Assembly: GCF_026210795.1 (NCBI RefSeq)
Contig: NC_089436.1
Location: 2,728,001 to 2,792,000, forward strand
Reading direction: 5' to 3'
DNA from: Rhizophagus irregularis
Lineage: Eukaryota
Length of the DNA stretch: 64,000 nucleotides
Shown here: one piece after another, positions 26,982-38,689 of the stretch
Numbering within the stretch: position 1 is the first letter of the stretch
Layout: every line of letters starts with the position of its first letter
Translations under genes and position numbers: made by a program
Notes under the pieces: model-generated
Seen by the model: the letters and a program-made list of their open reading frames with translations, nothing else
Databases searched by the model: none
What the model was told of the DNA's origin: nothing

Positions 26982-29170
26982 GAAAAACTCTTTCTGCTGA
27001 TCCTTTGTACCAAAATTTCAGACGAAAGGAAAAATTTAAATTTTTATTATACAAATAAACAATATACATAAAAATGTCGGCAGAAAAGCTAACAAAAGAA
27101 CAAGAGTTTGTAATAACTCACATAGAAAGCTTTATAAGGAGTTTTGCGGGACTGGAGTTAGAATATTTAGGAGACTTTTACGACGCAGACTCAAAGAACG
27201 AGACTTTTAAACTATCAGACGCAGAAGTGAAAAACTTTCCTGAACATACATCTGGATATACACCAGGGAAATTTCCAACGACATATATCTCCAAAAGATG
27301 TAAGAATAAGAGGAATACAAATATTCTTTTCGCCTCTATTTTTACTATCAAGTTGGGAGCGGTATACCTCAAAGAAATTTTGGAAAACATTTACCGTGAG
27401 AATTTTTCAGAAGGCGCAGCAGACAAACAACCAATTGAACCTACCGATTGGCCACAAGAAAAGCGCAATCTATTACGATCAATTGAAGACAAAGATATTT
27501 TTCTGGCAGAGTTCGATGAAAGATTAAAAGAAACAAAAGAGGAATTATCAGCTGCAAATAATCAAATTAGGAAAGATGAAGAACAAATAATATCGCTGAA
27601 AAATGATTTAAAGATAGAGAGAGAACGAATAAAATCTCTAGAAAATGAGGTGATTAAGTTAGAAAAATTAGAGAAGAATAAGACAACGAGTGAGATTACT
27701 AATTCAAGTAAGCAGAAAAGTAAAGCAAAGACAAATGATCGACGCAGAAAATCCAAAAAAAAGAAATCATCGACACAAGAAATTAAAAAGGGGAAGATCA
27801 CCGAAATTCCGGTTAAAACAACTTCCGATGATAAATATTTGGATGATCATTTTGCCGCACAATCACGTGATCTGAAATTTTACGACTTTCCTGCTTACTG
27901 GAAAGATGAAATGATCTATGAAATGATGAAGAAGGTTGGGTATATAGAAAGACTAGAAGTTAAATGGAATTACAAATACAAAACCATTCGAGCTAGAATT
28001 CGCTTAACAAAAGAAATGGAAGAAAAATTTCAACAAGGCGGATCAAATATAGCGCTAACAAAAAACGATCGAATGTATTTTTTCAGGATGTTTGATGCAA
28101 AACTAGATAGTTCAGTGATCAAAAGAAGATATGGATGGCAAGCATACAGAAAACTAGATAAAGAAGAAATAGAGAAGAAGGATGATGAAATAATCAAAGA
28201 CTATAATAAAACCTTCGGTGGTCATTTTGCAAAATTAATCAAAATAAACAAGATCAAATATATTTTGATTTACTTCAACAATGAAAACGATCTAATGAAG
28301 GCAATTTATAAGTCAACAATGGAAGAAGATCTAGGAAAAGGTTTAAAAATAAAGTTACAAGACGAACTGATCGGAGAAAAAGGGACGTACAAGCGAACAA
28401 CAGGTATAAACAGATTTAAAGTACCAGCACAAACAAACAAAAAAGACAAGTTTGTAGATGCTAGATCTGATATTCTTTCAACAATACCAAGAATGAAAGA
28501 AGAACACCAAGCACTTGACGACTAAACAATAATTTCAGCGAAAGATTGGACAAAATAAAAAGAAATCAAGCTTGCCAGAAGAGAAGAATAGAAGTAAGGA
28601 CGAAAAAGATGAGATTAACAAAATAAAAAACGCGTAGTGACAACGCAAGGACAAAGAGAAGATTCTGACGACGAATAAACAAATTTGTCTAGAAATTATT
28701 TTACAAAATCAAGGTTTCTTTTCGAATCAAATTTGGATCTACCGAAAATAAGATGACTAAATAGAGAATTTTAGGCGATATTTGAGGATTTTCATAAATA
28801 GTATAGTTTCAGATTAGAAATTTTCTTGATGTCAAAAATTTTTTTGAAAATTTTTTATTTTTACAATTTTATCTTTTAAGTATTTTTAGAATTTAGTAAA
28901 AGTCTCCTTTGTTTTGAAAATATGAAAATTACAAAAACATAGTAAAAGTAGTATAGTAATGTAGTTTTTTTTTAGGAAAACAATATTAATTTTAAATCAA
29001 ACACAAAATTTAGTTAGATTTTAAATTTTAATACAGATACGATGACTTAGTTATAGAGAGTAGGAAGATTTTTTTTTCTTTCTTCGCTCTAGGTGCTTTT
29101 GTATTTAGTTATCAGATCATTTATGATCGTATATAATTAATAAAGCGCATTACTATTTAAAAAAAAAGGG
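26982..29170 (+). mobile_element. Poly(A)-tailed retroposon carrying only an ORF1-like gene
   Basis: 12-bp direct repeat GGGATTTTGGAG at 26970-26981 and 29171-29182; AATAAA at 29139-29144; A9 at 29159-29167; A-rich coding strand; no RT ORF. Confidence 0.65.
27074..28525 (+). CDS. LINE ORF1-like protein (coiled coil, basic linker, two RRM-like segments), 483 aa, intronless
   Basis: Heptad-rich region (LAEFDERLKETKEELSAANNQI...), K/R-rich linker, RRM-like RDLKFYDFPAYWKDEMIYEMMKKVGYIERLEVK and KYILIYFNNENDLMKAI. Family assignment is by pattern only. Confidence 0.6.
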   Translation: MSAEKLTKEQEFVITHIESFIRSFAGLELEYLGDFYDADSKNETFKLSDAEVKNFPEHTSGYTPGKFPTTYISKRCKNKRNTNILFASIFTIKLGAVYLKEILENIYRENFSEGAADKQPIEPTDWPQEKRNLLRSIEDKDIFLAEFDERLKETKEELSAANNQIRKDEEQIISLKNDLKIERERIKSLENEVIKLEKLEKNKTTSEITNSSKQKSKAKTNDRRRKSKKKKSSTQEIKKGKITEIPVKTTSDDKYLDDHFAAQSRDLKFYDFPAYWKDEMIYEMMKKVGYIERLEVKWNYKYKTIRARIRLTKEMEEKFQQGGSNIALTKNDRMYFFRMFDAKLDSSVIKRRYGWQAYRKLDKEEIEKKDDEIIKDYNKTFGGHFAKLIKINKIKYILIYFNNENDLMKAIYKSTMEEDLGKGLKIKLQDELIGEKGTYKRTTGINRFKVPAQTNKKDKFVDARSDILSTIPRMKEEHQALDD

Positions 29171-30316
29171 GGGATTTTGGAGAATTCTAAATTTTTTTTT
29201 TAGTATTACATTATTATATTAACCAAGCATTATATTAGTTATTACCCGTGATCCCAAAATGCGGTGCTGTATCACTTCATTAAAAATACGGTGATTTTTT
29301 TCTTTAAAATCGTAAATGTGTGACATCCCTTACATTTTTACTATTTTACTATTTTAACTTATAATAAACCGAAATCTGCCATTTCTCTATACTAAATTTA
29401 CTCATTATAAATAGAAAAAATCATTTGTTTATTCAATTTTATTTAAGAAAAAGTTGGATTTAAAAATTAATTTATTTTAACGAAGCTTATGAGATCAACA
29501 ATTTGTATATTTATAAGTTGAAATCATTTCTTTTTACATTAACATTCACTTAAAAGATCTTTTAAAAGCATGTCAAACTCCCCCATAAAAATAACCTCTT
29601 GTTAATTATATTAAATTAAAATTACGTAGTACAGCAGAAAAATTAAAGTAAATCCATTGATAAAATGAGATGCAATTTTCAAATCATCTACTTTCCAATA
29701 TGAAAGCGTCACTTGCATGTAACTATCATGTGGCTATTATCACATACTAGGATATCAACAGTATGTCTATTATGATAAACATTTTTTTAATTACCATGGC
29801 GCTGTCAAATGTATAGACCGAACAACTGGGCAATAAAAAACTATTATGCTAAAAAAATTTGACCGGTTACACTACCTCCCGTCTTCCAAAATCATTAAAT
29901 AGTATGTGATTTTTTTTTTACATACTTTTTATAAATTCTTAATTATTATTATAATTTCATATATTTTTATGATATTTAAATTTTATTTTCCTTTTATATA
30001 TTTAAATAGTTTGATTTTCATTATTATAATTCATTGTATTGATTTTATGACTAGAACGGTCACAATTCACAAATCGTATACCATTCGTGAAAATAAATAT
30101 AACGACAAATAAAAGAAATTCCAATTTGATTAAATAATGATTTCTGTTTTTATTAATTATTAAATATTATAAACATTCGGCACTCTGACCCGCATTAAAT
30201 GCCTAATTTTTACTATAAAATATATAAAATACTATATTTTAATATATGATAATTGTTTAATGTGTTATCTTATTATAATAACGCAGTTTAGAGAAAATAC
30301 AATGTACTCTTTTAAT

Positions 30317-31219
30317 CTATACGACTACAAAATTATGGTTAGTTTGATCGGATGATTCATTTAAATTTCTAACAGCTGCTGCTTCTTTTTCCTTTTTTCT
30401 ACATGCATAAGCTGAAATTATTAAAGCAGAGTACACCTAATATCATAATAGAAAATAAATATATTTTTAGTTCATAAAAAATAATTTTTTTCTTAAAAAA
30501 AAAAAATATTAAATTAATACGTACCGTCAAAAGAACTTCAAAAACAATTTCGTATGGTGCTAATCTACATAAATACGAATTTTGTCCTTTTGCACATCCG
30601 AAAACTATTGAATTAATAATTACTGCTATACCTATTATAACTTCAATTACTGTCACGATTAAACCAAATGTAGAGTATAACTTCAACATTCTATACGTTT
30701 TCTAAATAAAATTATGTTAAGTTTTAGCTTAATTTCACTCTAAAAAGAGAAAATTCTTTAATTTCTTCCAATACATACCGAAAAAATTACAGCATACAAC
30801 CCAAATGCTGTTCCGAGCGTGACAAATGCATTAAGGACTATCATTATGATAACAGATGTAAAGGTAATAGAGTATTCCTCTGCTGAAATAATTATTTTAT
30901 ATTCTTTTTAAAAAAAAAAAAAATAATTTTGAGCGAATGATTAAAATAAAGGACTTACAAACTTCTTTTAATTCTTTATCCTGCATATACAGTTTAAGGC
31001 TCAAAACTCTGAATATAATTAAGAATAAAGCTACGAACTTTTAAAATGACATAAAAAAAATAAAAAAAATAATTTTGAATGTATTATTAATATAAAATTC
31101 AATTGCTATTGAACTTGATAGAAAAAATTGTGGAAATTTACAAGCCAAAATAATGATATAATTATAACACCAGCTTTCAACGGAATGCAGAAACAACATT
31201 TAGTTATTTGTAAACCCAT
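30317..31219 (-). CDS. Small four-transmembrane protein with N-terminal CCFCIPL motif (185 aa, 5 exons)
   Basis: Exons 31219-31142, 31037-30959, 30882-30779, 30701-30525, 30436-30317 splice in frame (558 nt, all GT-AG): MGLQITKCCFCIPLKAGVIIISLFWL... with four hydrophobic segments. Confidence 0.8.
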
Positions 31220-32664
31220 TTTTTTTTTATTGTCTGTTATTAGTCGAAATGTATTTTCTTGAGGAATTTTTTTCGAAAATGTTGCATTTATATACCCATA
31301 TAAATCGAAATAAACTTAATAAACTTCTAAACTTACTACTAGAAAGTAACAATAAAGTATTAACATATGTGAATTGTCTTACAAAAATATCTCGGCCCGA
31401 ATCGGTCAGTTACAAAGATTACTCCGATAAATCAATAATAAAAAAATTATTTCTTTCAACTTATTATAATTCATTAGATAAATTATTACCTAAAATAGAA
31501 CAATTTATTAATGCGCATTTAATATTGTTTTAATTTTGATTGAGTTTTCAAATCCACGACTATAAAACTAGATGAGATCTACTAAATTTGGAATTAAAGG
31601 AAATGCCAATTGGTAGCTTAATAAACTAATTCTCTTTGAAAACGGAATTTATAATCCTTGTGATTGAGATAATGAAGATCAATTTTAGTAAACAAAGTAT
31701 ATATATGTTAATTGTCAATTATACAGTTATACTCGTAGCCGAAACCCCCCTAGTTTCGACCTAGTTTTGGTTTCGGATTCGGACAGATTAGTCATTTCCC
31801 GAAACCAAAACAGGACCCCCGAGCAATACTGAATAGGTAAACGCAAAATAACCATGAAAATCTTTCCTTTTTTAGATAATTTTCGATAATGTTGGTCGGA
31901 ATTTTATTACTTATTTTAGTGGCTGACTGACATTATTATAATCCCGGCCCTGAAAATGTGTAGGGGCCATAGTACCCGGGTATCTTGCAAATTTCGGAGG
32001 TTTGGTCCCCTTATTACGCGAATTTTTACTATTAATAGAGGGTGTTTAAAACTTATAAAATAATTAGGGTATAATTGCACGTCACACAAGATATTTGTTG
32101 GATTATTTAAATAATAAATCAACAAAGAATGTGACTTCTCCTTATTCTCTTACACTAATGGTATAATCTATTAAGGACTTAATTAAATTTTTTAGTTAAA
32201 AGTTGATCTGTTCTTTAAAGAGGGCATCTTATTAGCAAGATATGGGAATGTTTTGGCTCCAGAACGTGAAGATTTTATACTGAGGTATTAATAACCAAAG
32301 AAGTGGATGATAATGAAATTTAAAATTCACAGTTATAACTTTTTTTTATTATAGTAAATAAGTAGTAAATAGTAATTTAATTTTTACAATTTAGCATTTT
32401 AGCGCACTAATAATAATAATGCATAAATTTGATAATTAATTAATTAATAAATAATAATATCTGCTGTAATAAAAATAAATGTATGTTATTTATGTTATTA
32501 AAAAATGGTTTTGTAATTTTTGGACTTTCAGCCTATATAAAGTTTCGGCAAGGGTTTCGGGATAGCTAAAGTGGGTAAGTGACTCTGCAGCACCATATAG
32601 TTTTCTATGAAGTGACCATACAGATGGTGGTTGTATGGTATACTTGTAGTGACCATACATACGG

Positions 32665-33054
32665 CCCTATGAAAAAAAATTTCTTTAAAATATACTTAAA
32701 ATGTACTTATATATTTTAAAATATATCTAAAATGTACTTAAAATTTTTAAATGTACTTATAATATACTTAAAATTGCAATTTTAAGTATATTTAAAGTAT
32801 AAAATTTTATACTTAAATTACATTTAAAATATACTTAATTGCAATTTAAATATAATTTAAGTATAATTTAAGTGCAAAATTTTATACTTTAAATATACTT
32901 AAAATTGCAATTTTAAGTATATTTTAAGTATATTTTAAAAATGTTAAGTATATTTTAGGTATATTTTAAAAATATATAAGTATATTTTAAGTATATTTTA
33001 AAAAATACATAAGTATATTTTAAGTACATTTTAAAGAATTTTTTTTTTATAGGG
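32665..33054. mobile_element. Near-palindromic MITE with CCCT...AGGG termini
   Basis: CCCTATGAAAAAAAATTTCTTTAAAAT / ATTTTAAAGAATTTTTTTTTTATAGGG; 3-bp TSD cgg/cgg; internal ATATACTTAAA and its reverse complement repeated. Confidence 0.85.
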
Positions 33055-34149
33055 CGGTAGTGACCAAATTGGTATACCTCGGCCACTCTTATGCTCATGA
33101 CTACCTACGGAATAACAGAGACTAGGTAACCTTCGTCTCAACATCCAAACCTACTCACCCGCGATGATGGTTACTTCTGATCTTGTTACAATATTATATA
33201 ATTATCAGGATTTATTAATTTATTTAATTTATTGTAAAAGTCATGACAAAATATTTTATTAAATTTATTAACACCCTTTTATTAATTAAATAATCAAATA
33301 CGTTTAATGAAAAAAAATCGGATTTAGGTTCCTTAATTTCTATAAAAAATCAGGTTCTTTTAGGATTCTTTAATTTTTTTTTTTTAATAAATGGGGTTTT
33401 TTTTGTTAATAAATTATCTGTTCATATTCAACGTATCAAAATAAATTGATGAGAATCATGCAATAAAAAATTTTTGAACGATATATAATAACAGCGGAAA
33501 CACCAGGAAATCGGTAAATCTTGATTTGCGAAAAAAAAAAAAATATTCAATCATGAAATCATGAACATTAAAAATCTATTAAGACGCTTTTGGTTAATAA
33601 AAATTCCATATTAGGAAACATAACGATCTATGATGTAATGATGTAAAGTCGTACTATCACATGCACGAAACAAAGCAAAAAAAAATGATCAACATGATGA
33701 AAAGTTCATGAAAAAATCGTCTTGAAACAATTTAAACATGATGAAGTTATCATGAACCATTGAACCATGATGAAAAATCATGATTTTTTTTTTCAACCTT
33801 TTTTAGACTATATCAAATTTCCTGAGCAATTTGGGTACCATAAACAAAGCTGCGGTACAACCAGCAAATTCATTCTTTAACGGTTTAAATCACTTTCTCG
33901 GTGTTACGGAGTAATGATTTTTTAAAAAGGGGACCCGTTCACATTATCGACAATCATATTACCGACAATCATTTTACCGACACTCATATTACTGACACTC
34001 ATTTTACCGACACTCATTTTACTATCAACACTTACAGTATTTATTACTATTTCACTACCCACTTCAGTTATGAAAATTAAAATACATATTTAATATAAAG
34101 GAATTTACCATAATATATAAAATAAAAAATTGATTAATATATAAGTATT

Positions 34150-36288
34150 AGTTATTTGATAGGGGGGTTAGAATATCACCGAACTGCGAAGCAGTTCGGA
34201 TGATATTTTAACACTCCTATCAAATAACTGTGTTATCCTGCAGCCGCTGATGATCATACTATATTAAACTATTTTTGGTTTAGCGCGTCCTTTTAGCCTT
34301 TTTTAAACTATTTCTGCTTATAAATACAATATTAAACTATTTCCAGTTTAACACGACGCGTCTTTTTAACCTTTTTTAAACTACTTCCTCTCTTTTTCTT
34401 CATTTATTTATTTCTTTCACTTATATTCAAATAAAATGCCACGATTAGGTTCAAAAAATAAGGTATTATTCATTATTGCTTTATTTTTCTTTCTTTATAA
34501 TAACATTTTGTATTGTCTTTTTTTAGGAAAAACTAGAAGAGACCACTACTCCAGTAAAAGACAAGGTTGACTTTTATCGTGAATTTTCAAAAGTAAAAAA
34601 TACAGTTAAGGTAACAGATATACGGATAGGCTTACTAGAGAAGTTTCGAGATGAACAGTTATATATAGGAAAGATTCAGGAAGTGGAATCTGAACAAGAT
34701 TTAATTGAACAATTATGCTCTTTTTTTGCTAATATGAAGAAGAAAGATGGTGCTGACTATTCTGTTAATTCTATTAGAGCTTCTCTTGCAGCTGTTAATC
34801 GTTTTCTTCAAGAAAAATCAAGAATTAAAAATATTGATTTATATAATGATTCTCGTTTTAAAGCTATAAAAGAAGTTGTTGATGGAAAAATTAGATTTTT
34901 ATCTAAAAATGGGAAAGGTGAAACTAAAGGAGCAGATTCACTAGAAGCTAACGAAATTACCAAATATTAAATCATAGATTATTAGATGGTACCACACCTG
35001 AAAGATTATTGAGAAGAGTGTTCTTTATCAATGCAATATATCTATGGCTTCGTGGAGGAGAACATGCATTATTTAATGGAACTGATTTTGTTAAATGTGA
35101 TGATGGTGGATACAATGTTTTTATTTATTGTTCCAAAAACAACCAACGTGGTCTTACTGAAAATAGGAAAGGCAGACAAATTGGTTTTAGCAAATCATCC
35201 AGAAGTTACTCCATTTCTTGATAAATATTTATCATCACGTCCCTATGGTGCAGATCCTGATTTCTACCTTCAGGAAGTTGAAGAAGAATTTGGTAATATA
35301 TTTAATAGTAATAGTAATATTTATAAATATTTATTAATAAAAATTAATACACTTTATTATTTTAGCTTTGAAAATGGGAATTTGGTATAAACCAAAACAC
35401 GTAGGATTCAGAAGATTAAATTCATTTTTAAATGAAATTTGCAAAATTACTGGCATTAACTTTAGTGGTAGGAAAATCACTAACCATTCTGGGCGACGTG
35501 CACTTATCCAAAATTGTGAAAAAATGGGCATTCCTAAAGAAGAAATAAAATTACTTTCTCGCCACCACTCTGATGCTGGATTATTATCATACACTTTACC
35601 TCCCGATGATAAAAAAGATGAGATTATTAGAAAATTTATGGATTAAATTCATGGAAAACCAACTTTAGGTATAGAATTTATTCAATTATCATAATTACTT
35701 AATGTTTTAACTAAATATATTAAATATCTGATTTTTATTTATTAGATAAGGCGAAAGTACCAGATATATTAAATGGTCAAGTTTCATATAATGAACAAGT
35801 AATTGGAAAAGAAAACAATAATATTAAAACTGCAAAAGAAGGTAATATTTTATTTATTAATATGTTTTATTTTGTAACTTATTAATTTGTCTAATTTATT
35901 TTTTTAGTATTTTACGAAAATCAACAAAATTCTCTAAAAAAGCCATTAGATTTAACTGACATAAATCAACAATTAGAAATTTCAATGAATATTGATCAAT
36001 TTAAAGAGTTATTTAATTGCGGTTTAATTTCCAAGCTTAAAGGAAAGGTTAATTTGTCATAGCAAATTTATTATAAATTAAAATAGTATCTATATTTGCG
36101 GTATAATATTTAGTACATGATATTTAGTACATGATATTTATGATATTTAGTATGATATTAAGTATGATATTTAGTACATGGTATTTAGTATTTGAAAAAA
36201 TATCAATAATAATTATGCTATCGTAGTTTATTTATAGCTTAATAAAAAAATATCAGCACGCATGATCCTATTTGGCTGTAGGATAACA
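34150..36288 (+). mobile_element. Crypton (tyrosine-recombinase DNA transposon)
   Basis: Left 80-bp hairpin 34150-34229; 15-bp inverted repeats TGTTATCCTGCAGCC (34231) / GGCTGTAGGATAACA (36274); encloses the YR pseudogene. Exact ends uncertain. Confidence 0.75.
34436..36062 (+). pseudogene. Crypton tyrosine recombinase (DUF3504-like), intron-containing, two frameshifts and a probable premature stop
   Basis: KKDGADYSVNSI, LRGGEH, SKNNQRGL, ITNHSGRR, SRHHSDAGLLSY supply the R-K-HxxR-H-Y residues. Frameshifts near 34960 and 35165; TAA at 35644-35646 is followed by further exon-like sequence. Confidence 0.8.
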
Positions 36289-36694
36289 AAATGTAAAATA
36301 CTATGATATTTATATATACTGATAAAATAACTTAAATTTAATATTCAATTTTATCAATTTTATTTTTTAAAAAATTTATTTCAGCTTCATAATATATTGT
36401 ACTTAAAATTGTTCTTAATAATTTTTATATAATTTGCTTTTTTTGTAACTTAAAAATAATTATTATTTTGTCGGTAAAATGATTGTCGGTAATATGATTG
36501 CCGGTAATGTGAACCAGACCTTTATTTTGAGGTTATGTATTTACAGTATATGTAAATAATACCATGTTTAGTGTCGCAATACATGGAATAAAATATTTAA
36601 ACCAATTTATCTTTTATCCGTCCTTCATATCTATTATTGATTTTTGAGTGTTAAACTATTCATTAATTTTTGCATAAATTATAATAGTAACAAA

Positions 36695-37160
36695 CTAGAT
36701 GTAACCCGTCACGTTGCGGCGGGAATGATACTTGCCCATCAAGTAAGAGAGTAATAAAGAGAGTAATAATAACACACATCTCCCATCACTCCTCTTCATC
36801 TTCTCATCAATTCTTTACGTCTCCCATCACTCCTTTTTACTTCCCATCACTCTCCCATCACTCCTCTTCGTCTCCCATCACTCCTTTTTACCTCCCATCA
36901 CTCCTCTCACTTCTTTTCGTTTCCCATCACTACTTTTCATCTCTCATCATGTCCCATTTATCCTTTTTGCTTCCTATCACTTCTCATTACTCTTTTTTTC
37001 TCTTTCATCTTCTATTACTTTCCATTACTCCATTGTTATTTCATTTTTTTATTAGCATCTTTTCCTTGGTCATTGTAATTTATTTATCTTTTTATTTATT
37101 GTTATTGTTTAAATACAGTGATTTTTTTCTTTAAAATCATAAATGTGTGGCTTAAATTTT
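36695..37160 (-). mobile_element. Probable Helitron-derived element with CTCCCATCACT minisatellite
   Basis: CTAG at 36695 next to a GC hairpin CCCGTCAC-GTT-GCGGCGGG; tandem CTCCCATCACT units at 36780-37030; 5' end not identified. Confidence 0.4.
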
Positions 37161-38689
37161 AATATTTGCAAATAAAATTTTATCAAATAAGATTATTTTG
37201 AATAAATATGCAAAAAAATTTTTTTTATAAATATCTTCGCAATAAAATTTAAGTTTAACCGATCAAAATAGCCAAGTTAAAAAATCAGCCATCAGCCGAC
37301 TAATAATTTGTACATCATGTGACATATTTGAAAAAAAACCCAGGCGGTGATCGCCCAGGCGACAGTTAGCAATCCTCCCAAAAAAATATTTCACAATCCC
37401 CCAAAAATGAATTATAAAAATCTATTGCTATGAAAAAAAATTTCCCCAATTATAACAATCTATTGTCATGAAAAAATCATCCCCAATTATAACAATCTAT
37501 TGTCATAAAAAAACATTTTTCCATAGACCGATCTATTGTTACAAAAAATAAACAAGTAAATTATTTCAGTCTATTTATATTGAGCCTAAAAAATAATTAG
37601 GGAAAATATTACTAATAATAATAAGAATCGGAAAAAAAGGCAATTACCGTGGTGCCACAGCGTCAATCCGATCACCGATCTGAATCTAAATGGTTTAAAT
37701 GGTTTAAGAATGTGGTTCGGGAAAAAAACTCGATTTGAAAAAAAAAAGCCAATCCGAAAAACGAAAGTGAAAAAAGAATTTTTGGATTGGAAAAAAAACC
37801 AACTCGAAAAAAGAAAAAGGTTTTAAAGAATTCGAAAAAAAACCGAAAAAAAAATAACACTAAAGAAAATTTGAAAAAAAAACGAAAAATAAAATTTGGG
37901 GGAAAAGAAAAAGGATAAAGAAAGAAATCGGAAAAAAAAGGAACCCGTAAAAAAAAATAAGTACTGAAAAAAATTCTGAAAAAAAAAGGATAATAATCCG
38001 GTCCAAAAAGACTGAAAAAAAAAAATTAATAATATGGTCTAAAAAAAGACCGAAAAAAATAATAATATAAAAAAAATCGGTCTTAAAAGACCAAACAATA
38101 GGATTATTTATAAAAAAAAAATTTTCAGTTCGGGAAAAAAAACCAAAAAAATTCTCGGGTTGGAAAAAAAACCAAACCGAAAAAGAAAGAGGAAAAAAAA
38201 ATGAAAATTTTTTAAAAAAAGGAAAAAAAAAGGAAAAAAGGTGGTTCGAAAAAGAAAAGAGGAAAGAACCGAAAGTAAAAGATCGATTCAAAGAAAAAAA
38301 AGAGAAAATTAAAAAAAGGGAACTGAAAGAATTTAAATCTGAAAAAAAAATAAATCGGTAATCTAAAAATTCTGATTCAAATTTCATTAACCGGAATTGG
38401 ATTATTAGATATACAACATTACTTGCTGATCAAGCGGGTCTTAGCTATAAAGAATACGGATCAGCAATTCAAAATTAATTTATACAGGCTAATCTAAACG
38501 TTACGATTACACAATGTATTTTTTTAGTTATAGAATATGTGCAAACTTCTAAAAAAATCGTAAATCTTACATTTTTTATAATGTCGGGTGGTAAACTACC
38601 TTTTTTGGACACGACCTGCAGCAAAAAATTTTGTAACCTTCATATAATATTTCGAGTCTTTTTATACCTTTATATTATGGGCTTATCTA

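Larger units (their letters stand above)
33931..36520. mobile_element. Foldback/MULE-like non-autonomous element with tandem-repeat TIRs, hosting a Crypton
   Basis: ~52-bp inverted repeats (47/52 by eye) built from 15-bp CCGACAATCATWTTA units at 33931-33982 and 36469-36520. TSD not clear. Confidence 0.6.

Noticed and set aside
31734..32566. Possible TIR element (CCGAAACCC ... GGGTTTCGG)
   Set aside because: Match too short and no TSD identified.
34247..34253. CTGATGA as a hammerhead core
   Set aside because: No matching GAAA or flanking stems found.
37672..38387. Phe-rich ORFs resembling membrane proteins (also 14055-15083, 17458-17718, 44811-45071)
   Set aside because: Artefacts of A/T-run low-complexity sequence.
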